NCBI RefSeq assembly: GCF_009601705.1
Contig: NZ_CP045687.1
Coordinates: 95,527 to 127,526 of the forward strand
Direction: 5' to 3'
DNA: 32,000 nt
Origin: Saccharolobus sp. E5-1-F
GTDB taxonomy: Archaea > Thermoproteota > Thermoprotei_A > Sulfolobales > Sulfolobaceae
The notes beneath the pieces were generated by a model. It had not been told where the DNA came from. It made no database searches and saw nothing but the letters and a program-made list of their open reading frames with translations. Below are positions 22,550 to 31,996 of this stretch, piece by piece (within the stretch, counting starts at the first letter, position 1; the number at the start of each line of letters is the position of its first letter). The position numbers were made by a program, and so were the translations under genes.

Positions 22550-22660
22550 AAAATCACCTAATATAAAAAAAAGAATAATTTAGTAGTTTAACTATTTTTC
22601 GTTTTATCTTCTATCCCCAGCTAAATTAAACTTAATAAGGAAAACATTGAGTATTAACTT

Positions 22661-23572
22661 ATGCCATTATGTCCTTCATGCGAAATAAGATTTACCACAT
22701 GGCATGATTTAGCCAATCACATGGATTTTATGGCGAACGTTAAGAGTGACAAATCTCATGTAATGTGGCTAAATAGAAATTTATCAATAAACAGAATGGA
22801 GATTGACGAACTAGCATCTGCCTTGGAAAAGTTTTTCTTAACACCCGACAGCTTATCAATGTGGATTAGGACAAGATTTATAGAGAAATTTTATGGAGAT
22901 AATCCTCATCCCTTTATTGTCGCAATGCAAAATCCTACTAAAGGAGTATTATTAGGCTATGTAATTGAACATCAACATTTTTTGAAGAATTGGGTTAAGG
23001 TATTATCATCAATAGTATTCAAAACTGATAAGGACGATGTCTTACAATATGAACTTGAGAATATCTCAGTTGAGTTTATAGGTTATAATGGTAGACCAGC
23101 TCACTACGAGTTATTGCTAAGGATGGGAGAAGCCTTAGGAATGCCGAGAGAGAAAATATTGTCAACACCACCATTACCCTCTACGCAGTCAGCAATAGGA
23201 ACATGGAGGAAAATTGCTGAAAGTAAAACCTGGTTGGAGACGATGGCAGCAATGCATAGTCTCGAATTAGTAGCTGATAGAAGTTTAGTTAAATATGGTG
23301 CTAAATTACACTATTTTAATCCAGAAATACTTTCCTCTGATGAATATCCCCAGGCTGTTAAGGACTTTTTGAGAGAAGGATATGAGGCTGATGTTTCACA
23401 TGCAGGAGAAGCTCTAGAAATGGTTGAGAAATACGCTAAGGAAATTGAAATGAAGGAAAAAGTGCAAGTTGTTGTACTTAAATCATTTGACGCTTTTTCA
23501 AAATATTTATTAGCTAGATTAGAGAGAGGATTTGAAATAGAACCAGGTCTACTAAAGAGGGTGATTAGATGA
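22661..23572 (+). CDS. N-terminal zinc finger fused to a TenA/PqqC-like (heme-oxygenase-like fold) domain
   Basis: [21 protein letters not shown] at the N-terminus; helical body with [58 protein letters not shown], reminiscent of HO-like diiron oxidase/TenA helices. Confidence 0.6.
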   Translation: MPLCPSCEIRFTTWHDLANHMDFMANVKSDKSHVMWLNRNLSINRMEIDELASALEKFFLTPDSLSMWIRTRFIEKFYGDNPHPFIVAMQNPTKGVLLGYVIEHQHFLKNWVKVLSSIVFKTDKDDVLQYELENISVEFIGYNGRPAHYELLLRMGEALGMPREKILSTPPLPSTQSAIGTWRKIAESKTWLETMAAMHSLELVADRSLVKYGAKLHYFNPEILSSDEYPQAVKDFLREGYEADVSHAGEALEMVEKYAKEIEMKEKVQVVVLKSFDAFSKYLLARLERGFEIEPGLLKRVIR

Positions 23573-23889
23573 AGATTATTGTTAATGGCAAAGAAGCAGG
23601 TACAAAGGAAAAAGGTTGTGCTCTATGCGGAGGAACTTGGGGAGATTATTATGAGGATATTGATGGCGAGAAGTTGTTCTTCTGTTGTGATATATGTGCA
23701 CTAGAATTCGTAAACATGGCGAATGAGATTAAGAAAAGAACAAATTGGAGGAAAATTGATGAGTTGATAATAAATGGAAATTATTATACGGGAAGGACGT
23801 GCTCGGCTAAGAATGAAAATAAGGAGTATAAATTTTACGTTAAGTTTAATGACGAAGGAGGAGTAGAGACTTTTAAGGAATTAAGCTAA
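23569..23889 (+). CDS. Small Cys-rich protein with TRASH-like metal-binding motif
   Basis: [31 protein letters not shown] (CxxC...FCCxxC spacing like MerH/TRASH); ATG overlaps the upstream TGA (23569-23572). Confidence 0.7.
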   Translation: MKIIVNGKEAGTKEKGCALCGGTWGDYYEDIDGEKLFFCCDICALEFVNMANEIKKRTNWRKIDELIINGNYYTGRTCSAKNENKEYKFYVKFNDEGGVETFKELS

Positions 23890-24153
23890 TGGTTCACATA
23901 AGCCATTTTCTTTTATCCTCATTTTATTTTTAGGTTCACTTAAGGACCTACAGAATAATTTAACATTATCAGATTTGACTAGACAAAGCCAATACTTGTC
24001 TTCAAATCCATCAGGGGTAGCAGTCAATTTCCACGATATTAATAGTTCCACCTCCTCTATATTCTTGGTGTTAAATTCCGTTGAATAACACCTTGGACAT
24101 CTGGCCCTCTTAACCCAAAACGAATAGCCACAATTTTTACACACATAGATCAA
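23881..24153 (-). CDS. DUF35-type OB-fold protein with rubredoxin-like zinc ribbon, thiolase partner
   Basis: CKNCGYSFWVKRARCPRCYS followed by an OB-like segment; overlaps the thiolase gene start by 4 nt. Confidence 0.8.
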   Translation of the reverse strand: MIYVCKNCGYSFWVKRARCPRCYSTEFNTKNIEEVELLISWKLTATPDGFEDKYWLCLVKSDNVKLFCRSLSEPKNKMRIKENGLCEPLA

Positions 24154-25280
24154 GGCTCATCACCGTAAACTATTACAGTTGCTGAATTTCCAAAGCCAGC
24201 CATGCTCAGAGATAGACCAACGCTAGCATTTTTAACTTGTCTACTGTCTGCCTCATGCCTAATCTGTAAAAATGCCTCAATTGCTTGAGCTATTCCGCTT
24301 GCCCCTATTGGATGACCTTTAGAATTTAACCCTCCACTGGTGTTTATTGGCATCTCGCCATTAATCTTTGTGTAATCATTATAATATGCCTTCCATCCTT
24401 CTCCTTTCCTTAATAAACCTAACTCCTCAGCCTCAACTATTTCCAAGACTGTAGCCATATCATGAAGTTCAGCAAAATCAACCTTATCAACCTTAGCCAT
24501 TCTCTTGGCAATTAATCCAGCATTTTTCACTGAATTTATTGATAATATATCCTCACGTTCAGACAAATAAGATGTATCCGACGAAGCCCCTATACCTTTT
24601 ATAAATACGGGCTTTTTGGAAAAACTATATGCGTCTTCATCCCTTACCATAACAATTGCTGCTGCTCCATCACTAATTGGGGTAAATTCGTAAAGGGTTA
24701 GTGGATCTGCTATGATAGGTGAATTCAAAACTTCCTCTAAAGACACTACCTTCTGAATATGAGCATATGGATTTAAAGAGCCATTATAGTGATTTTTTAC
24801 TGCCACTAGAGCAAATGCCTCTCTTGGTGCATTATATCTCCTCATATACTCCTTCGTCATCAATCCTGCAAGTGAAGGTAGTGTTAGTCCAGCAACTCTT
24901 TCTTCTGGCGATAATAAGGAGGCTATTACTGATGTAACTTGCTTGGTATTCCTCTCAGACATTTTCTCAACACCTAAGACTAATACGGTTTTGGCAATTT
25001 TAGAATCAAGTAACGATTTAGCAACCAATATTGCAGAACCTCCACTTCCACTAGTATTATCAACCCTAATTGATGGTACGGTGTCAATTGACAAATAGGT
25101 TGTAATTAAGTTATTTATACCAGATAAGGAGTTGAATTCTCCAGAATAGGTGTTAGAAACAACTACAAAATCAATTTCATATTTTCGTACTAATGGTAAC
25201 GCAGCTTCTCCCGCAAGCTCTAACAAGCTCTCCTTTCTCTTCCCAAATCTGGTTAAGTTTGCATCAATAATTGCAACCAT
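24150..25280 (-). CDS. Thiolase family protein (acetyl-CoA C-acetyltransferase / SCP2-type)
   Basis: VDNTSGSGGSAILVAKSLL, MSERNTKQV, EMHDMA-like AELHDMATVLEIVEAEELGLLRKGEG, NTSGGLNSKGHPIGASGIAQ. Confidence 0.9.
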   Translation of the reverse strand: MVAIIDANLTRFGKRKESLLELAGEAALPLVRKYEIDFVVVSNTYSGEFNSLSGINNLITTYLSIDTVPSIRVDNTSGSGGSAILVAKSLLDSKIAKTVLVLGVEKMSERNTKQVTSVIASLLSPEERVAGLTLPSLAGLMTKEYMRRYNAPREAFALVAVKNHYNGSLNPYAHIQKVVSLEEVLNSPIIADPLTLYEFTPISDGAAAIVMVRDEDAYSFSKKPVFIKGIGASSDTSYLSEREDILSINSVKNAGLIAKRMAKVDKVDFAELHDMATVLEIVEAEELGLLRKGEGWKAYYNDYTKINGEMPINTSGGLNSKGHPIGASGIAQAIEAFLQIRHEADSRQVKNASVGLSLSMAGFGNSATVIVYGDEP

Positions 25281-25417
25281 TCATGTGAGTTTCTACATTT
25301 AAAATATAAAATTAAACTCTCAATAGAGAGAATATAAATCTAGTTTCCTAAACACAAACAGCTATAGTCCTTGTTAGTAAGAAATGTTTATATTTTTTAA
25401 GAAAGAGTGTAATGATA

Positions 25418-25738
25418 ATGGCAATATTCATAGTTCTTTCAAATCTCACAGATAAGGGAGCTGAGACTATAGCAGATAAGCCAGAAAGAATAAAAGAGGT
25501 AAATGAGGAGTTAGCTAAGATAGGAGCTAAGGTAAAGGAGCAATATGTAGTATTTGGTGATATAGATTTTATTAACATAGTAGAAGTGGATAATGTCGAA
25601 ACGTTCCTTAAGGCATTAATTGAGCTGAATAGCAGAGGTACTGTAAGGACAAAGACCTATTTAGCGATTCCCGTTGATGAGGCGATAAAGGCTATTAAGA
25701 CTACACCACCTATTGGTCATCCACATGAAAAGAAATAA
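25418..25738 (+). CDS. GYD-domain protein
   Basis: MAIFIVLSNLTDKGAETIADKPERIKEVNEELAKIGAKVKEQYVVFGDIDFINIVEVDN; track ORF begins at 25412. Confidence 0.8.
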   Translation: MAIFIVLSNLTDKGAETIADKPERIKEVNEELAKIGAKVKEQYVVFGDIDFINIVEVDNVETFLKALIELNSRGTVRTKTYLAIPVDEAIKAIKTTPPIGHPHEKK

Positions 25739-25741
25739 CTT

Positions 25742-26575
25742 TTAAAGGTAATACATTTTTTGTCTCTCGTATTGAGATAAATATAATAATCTCTCTTTTA
25801 GAGACGGATGAGTTCTAAATGAGAGAACACCTTTTTTATCAATAATAGTATTATTTACAATAAATTCCTTAGCCAGCAATATCTGTATTGGGGGGATATA
25901 TCTCAGCATATTAGTAGGGATGCTTCTACTTAAATATCCAATTTTTATCAAAGAACTTTCTAGCCAATAAGTTATCTCAGGATTAATCTTCACTGCAGTT
26001 AAATCAGCTCTCCTTTCTATTTTTCTATGCACGTAAAAAACTAAAGGCAACAGGATGACTAAATATATTATAAGGAAAAATAAGGAAACTAAAGGCAGAT
26101 AATTGATAAGTGTCGCGTAGATTGAATTTATGGAAAATATTGTAAGTAGCATGACTTCTGGATCATAATTCCTTATATGGGCAATTTCATGAGAGAGAAC
26201 TGCTACTAACTCCTCTGGGGTTAGACTCTCATATAATGGTAAAGTAACTGCGATTCCTCGAAAAATTATATTTCCAAAGGCAAAAGCGTTAAGGAAATTA
26301 TCATTTATAGTATAAATTCTGGACACCTTAACGTTAAATTTCTTTGAAAGATCTTCTACCATTAAGGTGATATCTTGAGAAGCTTTCCTCATTTTAAACA
26401 CAAGTATCATTATAATTGGAGAAATGAGGTACCACAAACCAAATACTAGTCCTATTTGAATTAGAAAGAAATAGGGTATGGTTATATTCATGGATGATAC
26501 TACTATGCCAATTACTAAAATAGAGAAGAAGGATGCTAGATAATATTTCCACCAATATGTGGTTATAGAGTGCAC
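25742..26575 (-). CDS. M48 family (HtpX-like) membrane metalloprotease
   Basis: LTPEELVAVLSHEIAHIRNYD (HExxH), flanking TM helices. Confidence 0.9.
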   Translation of the reverse strand: MHSITTYWWKYYLASFFSILVIGIVVSSMNITIPYFFLIQIGLVFGLWYLISPIIMILVFKMRKASQDITLMVEDLSKKFNVKVSRIYTINDNFLNAFAFGNIIFRGIAVTLPLYESLTPEELVAVLSHEIAHIRNYDPEVMLLTIFSINSIYATLINYLPLVSLFFLIIYLVILLPLVFYVHRKIERRADLTAVKINPEITYWLESSLIKIGYLSRSIPTNMLRYIPPIQILLAKEFIVNNTIIDKKGVLSFRTHPSLKERLLYLSQYERQKMYYL

Positions 26576-26650
26576 ACATATTATTCACTCTAAAAGTTTA
26601 TAAAACGATAAGATAATCAAAGTTATTACCTAGAGAACTAGACTAACATT

Positions 26651-28426
26651 ATGAAACCAGAAGATTACTACTACTCGATCAAATTAATACCTGAAATAAC
26701 TATAGCGAAGGGAAAATTATTTCACGTAGAGACATGGATAGAAGAGGATAAGTACAAATCATCAATTTATTTGAATCTTCATCGGATAACCTTTCAAGGA
26801 AACGAATCATCTCCAAAGTTCCATAACGATAAGCTTTACTTTATAAGAAATGAGGAATCGAAATCATCCTTACTAGAAGCACAACTCTATGGTGAGCCAA
26901 AAATAGTTTTTACATTTTCTGGTAGAATATTGAAATACGACTTCCATAGCAAGGGAATATTAGTAATAGCAGAGGAAAATACAGATAAGACATTACCGTT
27001 TAGAGCTGAGAAGATAAAATATAGGTTTGATAGTAGAGGCTTATTGAGAGCTAGGCAATCACTTTATTTATTCGATGGTAAGGATTTGAGAAAGCTTGTC
27101 AGCGGGGACTTCGACGTTACAGATGTAGCTACAAACGGCAATAGGATTGTAATTTCGGCAACTAAAGATGGAGATGATTATGGATTAGGAAATTTGTATG
27201 AGGTGAACATAGAAACTGGGGAGTTAAACAGAATAACGAAAGAAGATGGAACTGTTCAAGCAATCGCTATGAATAGCGATGGTAAAATAGTATTTCTAGG
27301 ACATAGGAAAGGACTAACTCCATGGGCTTCTCTCGAAATAATTTTGCCAGAAGAAGGAAAGAGTTACATTTGTGGAAAGACTTGCGGAAATAAAGTATTA
27401 ACTGATTTATTTGATGGTGCAAAGGATAAGATAGTATTCGAAAAGGATATAATACTCTCCTTAGGTCAAGAGGGAGGTACGTCGCATATTTATCAAATCT
27501 CTGATAATAAGGTAGATAAGGTAACTAGCGGAAATATAATGGTAAGAGGATTTGATTATAGTGATGACGAACTAGCCTACTTCTATTCTACTCCAGAAAA
27601 ACCCGTAATACTAAAGTATGGAGATATAGAATATGACCCTAATCCTAACGTTAAAGGATACACTCCAGAGAGAATTGTAATAAACTCTAATGGAATGGAA
27701 ATCGAAGGATGGAGTATAATTAGAGATCCTAATAAACCAACAATATTATTTATCCATGGAGGACCGCACATGGCATATGGGTATGGTTATTTCATAGAAT
27801 TCCAGTTCTTCGTAGATAATGGATTTAACGTAATATATGCAAATCCTAGAGGTAGCCAAGGATATGGAGAGAATTTCGCTAAAGCTTGTGTGGGAGATTG
27901 GGGTGGAAGGGATTTCGAGGATCTAATAAACTTCGTGAATACAATTAAGGAAAAGTATGGTTTGAAAGGTAAATTTGGTGTTACAGGTGGTTCTTATGGA
28001 GGTTTTATGACCAATTGGGTAGTAACGAAGACTGATATGTTTTCAGCTGCCATTAGTGAAAGGAGCATATCAAATCTAGTTAGCATGTGTGGGACTAGTG
28101 ATATAGGTTTTTGGTTTAATATTATTGAATCAGGGATCACTGATCCGTGGAGTGCTGAAGGTATAGAGAAATTGATGAGAATTTCTCCTATTTATTATGT
28201 GAAAAGCGTTAAGACACCTACTATGTTAATTCACGGCGAGGAAGATTACAGATGTCCAATTGAACAGGCTGAGCAATTTTATGTCGCATTAAAGATGCAA
28301 GGGGTCCCAACAGTGTTAGTAAGATATCAAGGTGATAGTCATGAACACGCTAGAAGGGGAAAGCCTAAGAATATGATAGACAGACTAAAGACTAAATTAG
28401 AATGGTTTAGTAAATATCTGCTCTAA
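26651..28426 (+). CDS. S9 family peptidase (acylaminoacyl-peptidase / prolyl oligopeptidase type)
   Basis: C-terminal alpha/beta hydrolase: LFIHGGPHMAYGYGYF, GVTGGSYGGFMTNWVVTKTDMFSAAISERSISN, LIHGEEDYRCPIEQAEQFYVALK, GDSHEHAR. Confidence 0.93.
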   Translation: MKPEDYYYSIKLIPEITIAKGKLFHVETWIEEDKYKSSIYLNLHRITFQGNESSPKFHNDKLYFIRNEESKSSLLEAQLYGEPKIVFTFSGRILKYDFHSKGILVIAEENTDKTLPFRAEKIKYRFDSRGLLRARQSLYLFDGKDLRKLVSGDFDVTDVATNGNRIVISATKDGDDYGLGNLYEVNIETGELNRITKEDGTVQAIAMNSDGKIVFLGHRKGLTPWASLEIILPEEGKSYICGKTCGNKVLTDLFDGAKDKIVFEKDIILSLGQEGGTSHIYQISDNKVDKVTSGNIMVRGFDYSDDELAYFYSTPEKPVILKYGDIEYDPNPNVKGYTPERIVINSNGMEIEGWSIIRDPNKPTILFIHGGPHMAYGYGYFIEFQFFVDNGFNVIYANPRGSQGYGENFAKACVGDWGGRDFEDLINFVNTIKEKYGLKGKFGVTGGSYGGFMTNWVVTKTDMFSAAISERSISNLVSMCGTSDIGFWFNIIESGITDPWSAEGIEKLMRISPIYYVKSVKTPTMLIHGEEDYRCPIEQAEQFYVALKMQGVPTVLVRYQGDSHEHARRGKPKNMIDRLKTKLEWFSKYLL

Positions 28427-28825
28427 TCAATATCTTTTTCCCATTCCTTATTTATGGCTGAGAGAACGTCCCTCAAAGTAACTACGCCTATTATTTTTCC
28501 CGTTTCATTAATTGCTAATAAGTGAGTTATATTTATTTTTCATCATGAAAATAAAGGTATCTATTAAATCCTCCTCTCCGTTTATAGTAATCGCGTTCTT
28601 AATCATAACTTTTGATACGGATTCATTTTGTGAGATCCCTTTTGCAAGTGACCTTAAAATTATACTCCTAGTTATTATTCCTATAATATTATCTCCTTTA
28701 CTATTGTCAACTATAAGAGCGAAATTAACTCCTTTTTTATCCATAAGTTCTAATGCTTTATAAAGGCTAGTATATCGGTCAATTTTTAAGGGTATAGTAT
28801 TATTGAAGACATCCTTAAGTTTCAT
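28423..28825 (-). pseudogene. Two-CBS-domain protein interrupted by a single-nucleotide frameshift near 28516-28522
   Basis: ORF 28508..28825 ends ...KNKYNSLISN*; the alternative frame gives ...NSLLAINETGKIIGVVTLRDVLSAINKEWEKDID* ending at 28423. Total 403 nt = 402 + 1. Confidence 0.8.
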
Positions 28826-28959
28826 AGATTATTTTTCTCTTTCTAAGACTTAACTTTATTTATCATTAACAATGTTTAACAATTACACTTTATAAGAAGA
28901 AAGTTTAAAAGACATATATAAGGAAAGAGACTATCTTGTATAAGAAAAAAATATATAGA

Positions 28960-29327
28960 TTAACTTGAGCCGGCACCACAACCGCAATATCCATATTCAT
29001 CTATCTCAATACCGCATATTGGGCATACGTAACCGGAGCCTTTTACTTCTTGAGCTCTTTTTCCATATAGCAATAGATGGGGATCGAAATACAATTCCCT
29101 TAAATTAGGTAGAGATTTCTCTTCTTCTGCTGTAATTTTTATATTTATAGCCTCCTTAATTCTAAATTTTAAAGTTTTCTTTTCTAAAGCTTTCTTAGCC
29201 AGTTGTTTAGATGAAATTTTCCCCTAATAACTCCGCTGCGATCTATAATTTCTACCTCTTCATCACTTACATGAAGGGCTATCCCCTCAACTTCTTCATC
29301 TTCATGTAATTTCTTAACTTCTTGCAT
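28960..29327 (-). pseudogene. merI: MerI-like protein of the mercury resistance operon, frame broken by one base
   Basis: Frame 1: MQEVKKLHEDEEVEGIALHVSDEEVEIIDRSGVIRGKFHLNNWLRKL*. One extra base in the T4 run (+ strand 29217-29220) gives ...VIRGKISSKQLAKKALEKKTLKFRIKEAINIKITAEEEKSLPNLRELYFDPHLLLYGKRAQEVKGSGYVCPICGIEIDEYGYCGCGAGSS*. Position downstream of merA fits merHAI. Confidence 0.7.
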
Positions 29328-29365
29328 ATTGCTATTTATACTGTTTATAGTATTTAAACTTATAT

Positions 29366-29406
29366 CTTCATAACTCCAATAGAAATAGACTTGTTTCTAT
29401 ATGAAG
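29366..29406. other. Composite hairpin between merA and merI
   Basis: cttcat/atgaag outer arms (29366-29371/29401-29406) and atagaaa/tttctat inner arms (29379-29385/29394-29400) around an 8-nt loop. Confidence 0.5.
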
Positions 29407-29470
29407 AATTTTTCCTTTATCGCTTAATGAATAGAACAACTAATTATATAAAAAAGAAAATGAAATCAAG

Positions 29471-30832
29471 TTAAACACAGCAACTCATTTTAGTAATATC
29501 ACTGGTGAAAGCTAACGCTATTATTCTTAAACTTTCTCCCATTGTAGGAAAGACGTGTATTGTATCAATTAAATCGTCTATTGTAGCCCTAAATTTAATT
29601 GCTAACGCTGCCTCATTTATCACTTCAGCAGCGTATTTACCAAACATGTGAACACCTAAAATATTCCTAAACTTCCTATCTATAACCATCTTTATCAATC
29701 CATAATCTTCCCTTAATATCCTCGCTTTAGGTATATTACTCATCTTAACGACCCTATAGTCTATATCATAACCTTCTTTAATAGCCTCTAACGCAGTAAG
29801 ACCGACTTTAGCTACATTGGGTTCTATAAACACAGCTTGAGGCACACTAATCATATCAATACTTCTTTTTACATTCAGTATTGCGTTTTCTGCTGCGATT
29901 GAACCTTGTCTTCCAGCTAAAGCTTCCAACATAGGACCACCAATTACATCCCCGGCCGCAAACACATTAGGATTTGAGGTTCTTAATTCTTCATTAACTT
30001 TTATGCCTCCCTTATCGTTTAACTCGATCCCCGCTGCGTCTAAATTCAAATCTACATTAGGCTTTCTTCCAGTAGCCAGTAGGATTTCGTCAGCTTCAAC
30101 TTCACCTTTGTCCGTAACTATTATCTTTCCCTCCTTTCCTTTCCTAACCTCCTTAACTCTCACATTCGTAAAAACTGGAATGTTATCAATATCTTCTAAA
30201 TAGTTTTTAACTGCGAGAGAGATTTCCGGTTCCCAATTTGGTAATATTCTTTCGCTCCTTTGAAGAATTATAGTATCAACTCCTAGTCTCTTGTACATTT
30301 GCGCAAACTCTAACCCTAAAGCCCTGCCACCTATAATAGCCAAGGATGATATTGTCTTGTTTGGTGATAAGGCTTCTACATTCGTCCAAAATCCAACTTC
30401 AGTTAAACCCTTAATGTTAGGTATATCTGGAGAAGAACCTGTGGCTATTATAAACTTTTTAGCCTCTATTATCTCCCCATTTACTTTAATTGCATTAGGT
30501 GAAATGAAATGCGCTTTACCGATTTTTAATTTAACATCATATGAATTTATCAGATCCTCGTATTTTTCCTTTCGTAGTGAATTTACGATTTCAGCCTTAT
30601 CTTGAAAGGCTTTGAAAAATTCTGGAAATAACTTTTTTCCTACTATTTTTGAAGAATAATTGTACAACTCACCTATTCTCAACATTCTCTTCGAGGGAAC
30701 GCATCCTACATTAACACAAGTTCCACCTATTTCTCCATAACCTACAACTACTGGCTTTATTCCTAACTCATTTGCTTTTATTAACGCCGCAAATCCAGCT
30801 GCACCATAACCTATGATCACTAAGTCTTCCAT
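29471..30832 (-). CDS. merA: Mercuric reductase (FAD-dependent pyridine nucleotide-disulfide oxidoreductase)
   Basis: GGTCVNVGCVPSKRMLRIGE, ATGSSPDIPNIKG, IGGRALGLEFAQMYKRLG, VFAAGDVIGGP, C-terminal TKMSCCV vicinal cysteines; next to MerH and an ArsR-family regulator. Confidence 0.93.
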   Translation of the reverse strand: MEDLVIIGYGAAGFAALIKANELGIKPVVVGYGEIGGTCVNVGCVPSKRMLRIGELYNYSSKIVGKKLFPEFFKAFQDKAEIVNSLRKEKYEDLINSYDVKLKIGKAHFISPNAIKVNGEIIEAKKFIIATGSSPDIPNIKGLTEVGFWTNVEALSPNKTISSLAIIGGRALGLEFAQMYKRLGVDTIILQRSERILPNWEPEISLAVKNYLEDIDNIPVFTNVRVKEVRKGKEGKIIVTDKGEVEADEILLATGRKPNVDLNLDAAGIELNDKGGIKVNEELRTSNPNVFAAGDVIGGPMLEALAGRQGSIAAENAILNVKRSIDMISVPQAVFIEPNVAKVGLTALEAIKEGYDIDYRVVKMSNIPKARILREDYGLIKMVIDRKFRNILGVHMFGKYAAEVINEAALAIKFRATIDDLIDTIHVFPTMGESLRIIALAFTSDITKMSCCV

Positions 30833-30844
30833 TACTATCCCTTT

Positions 30845-31030
30845 CTAGCAACATGAGGATCCTGCTGCTTCCTTAAATCTAGCCTCGTATTTATCGGCAC
30901 AATGAGAACAACAGAAGTAATGCTCTTTGCCATTGATTTCTCTTACATATATTTCATTTTCAGATAGTTTAACTCCACAATTCTCACATTTCAACTCGTC
31001 TTGCTTTAGATTTAACCTTAGATTAACCAT
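30845..31030 (-). CDS. merH: MerH TRASH-domain metallochaperone
   Basis: 61 aa: KCENCGVKLSENEIYVREINGKEHYFCCSHCADKY...GSSCC; immediately upstream of merA. Confidence 0.9.
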   Translation of the reverse strand: MVNLRLNLKQDELKCENCGVKLSENEIYVREINGKEHYFCCSHCADKYEARFKEAAGSSCC

Positions 31031-31079
31031 CTTATTCGCCTATTTATATTTCTGATTAGGTAATATATAAATATTTTCA

Positions 31080-31097
31080 TATGAACATATGTTCATA
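31080..31097. promoter_or_regulatory. 18-bp perfect palindrome tatgaacatatgttcata, probable MerR operator in the merH/merR divergent intergenic region
   Basis: The sequence equals its own reverse complement; sits between merH (start 31030) and merR (start 31134), next to AT-rich TATA-like elements. Confidence 0.7.
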
Positions 31098-31133
31098 GAA
31101 AGACTTATTTCCGCTTGTTGACATTATAAAAGT

Positions 31134-31481
31134 GTGGAACCTCTTACAAATGAATTAGAATCGTTATTCTCTGCATTAGCTGATGGGACGAGATTAAAAA
31201 TAGTGCTCTTTCTATTAGATAAAGGAGAAGCTACTGTCGATGAAATAAGCAAATCTTTAGGTAAATCGCAATCTTTAATATCTCATCATATGGCTTGTCT
31301 AAGAAATTGCGGAATAGTCAAGGTTAGAAGAGATGGTAAATTTTCATACTATTCAATATCAACACCTGAAATAATTGAGCTAATAAAACTATCTATAAAT
31401 CACGTCAGAAAATACAGCCAATCTATCTTATCTTGTGATGTTCTTGCAGAAGAAAAAGGTCAAGTTAAATTATCTCGTTAG
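31134..31481 (+). CDS. merR: ArsR-family winged-helix metalloregulator of the mer operon
   Basis: GTG start; LFSALADGTRLKIVLFLLDKGEATVDEISKSLGKSQSLISHHMACLRNCGIVKVRRDGKFSYYSISTPEI. Confidence 0.9.
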   Translation: MEPLTNELESLFSALADGTRLKIVLFLLDKGEATVDEISKSLGKSQSLISHHMACLRNCGIVKVRRDGKFSYYSISTPEIIELIKLSINHVRKYSQSILSCDVLAEEKGQVKLSR

Positions 31482-31716
31482 AGTACCATATCCGTTTGAG
31501 TTGGTTTGTCTCAACTGTGAAACAAGCTTCTTCTCCCTTTTCTTTGTGGATTAACTGGTGATTTAGAGCCTTAGAAACTGGTATTATCTGATTACATAGT
31601 TTACATCTCAACATGATTTCATCATATTCTGATGATGAAACTCGAGGCAAAAGTGGAAGAATATCTCCATTACCAATTATGGGCAATTTAGTGGGTATAA
31701 TCTTCTTACTACTCAT
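31465..31716 (-). CDS. Conserved hypothetical with C2H2-like zinc motif
   Basis: LRCKLCNQIIPVSKALNHQLIHKEKGEEACF (CxxC...HxxxH). Confidence 0.6.
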   Translation of the reverse strand: MSSKKIIPTKLPIIGNGDILPLLPRVSSSEYDEIMLRCKLCNQIIPVSKALNHQLIHKEKGEEACFTVETNQLKRIWYSNEII

Positions 31717-31774
31717 AAATATATGTTTATGAAGAGATCAATAAAAACTTTATTCAATAATTACATGTTAAAAT

Positions 31775-31996
31775 CTAATCTCCACGTTTCCAGATCAATG
31801 CATTGTCACTTTTTCTCCTAATCATAAGTACCCTATGAAGAGGAATCACAATATCTTCATGTTTAAGATATAAATAATTGTTATCTATAGTATAAATCTC
31901 ACTAAACGAAATCTCCTTTAAACCGGTCTCAGTTAGTCTGTCTTTTATCAAAATGACATAATCATCTAAGTTTTCTTCATATTTCCATCTAACCAT
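31775..31996 (-). CDS. DUF504/UPF0248-like small protein; start may lie further upstream outside the window
   Basis: RWKYEENLDDYVILIKDRLTETGLKEISFSEI...IVIPLHRVLMIRRKSDNALIWKR. Confidence 0.65.
   Translation of the reverse strand: MVRWKYEENLDDYVILIKDRLTETGLKEISFSEIYTIDNNYLYLKHEDIVIPLHRVLMIRRKSDNALIWKRGD

Noticed and set aside
23881-25280. DUF35-thiolase pair as a new system
   Set aside because: This pairing is a well-known archaeal and bacterial arrangement.
28512-28763. 83-aa + strand ORF antisense to the CBS gene
   Set aside because: Overlaps an evident CBS-domain coding region; it arises from the opposite strand.
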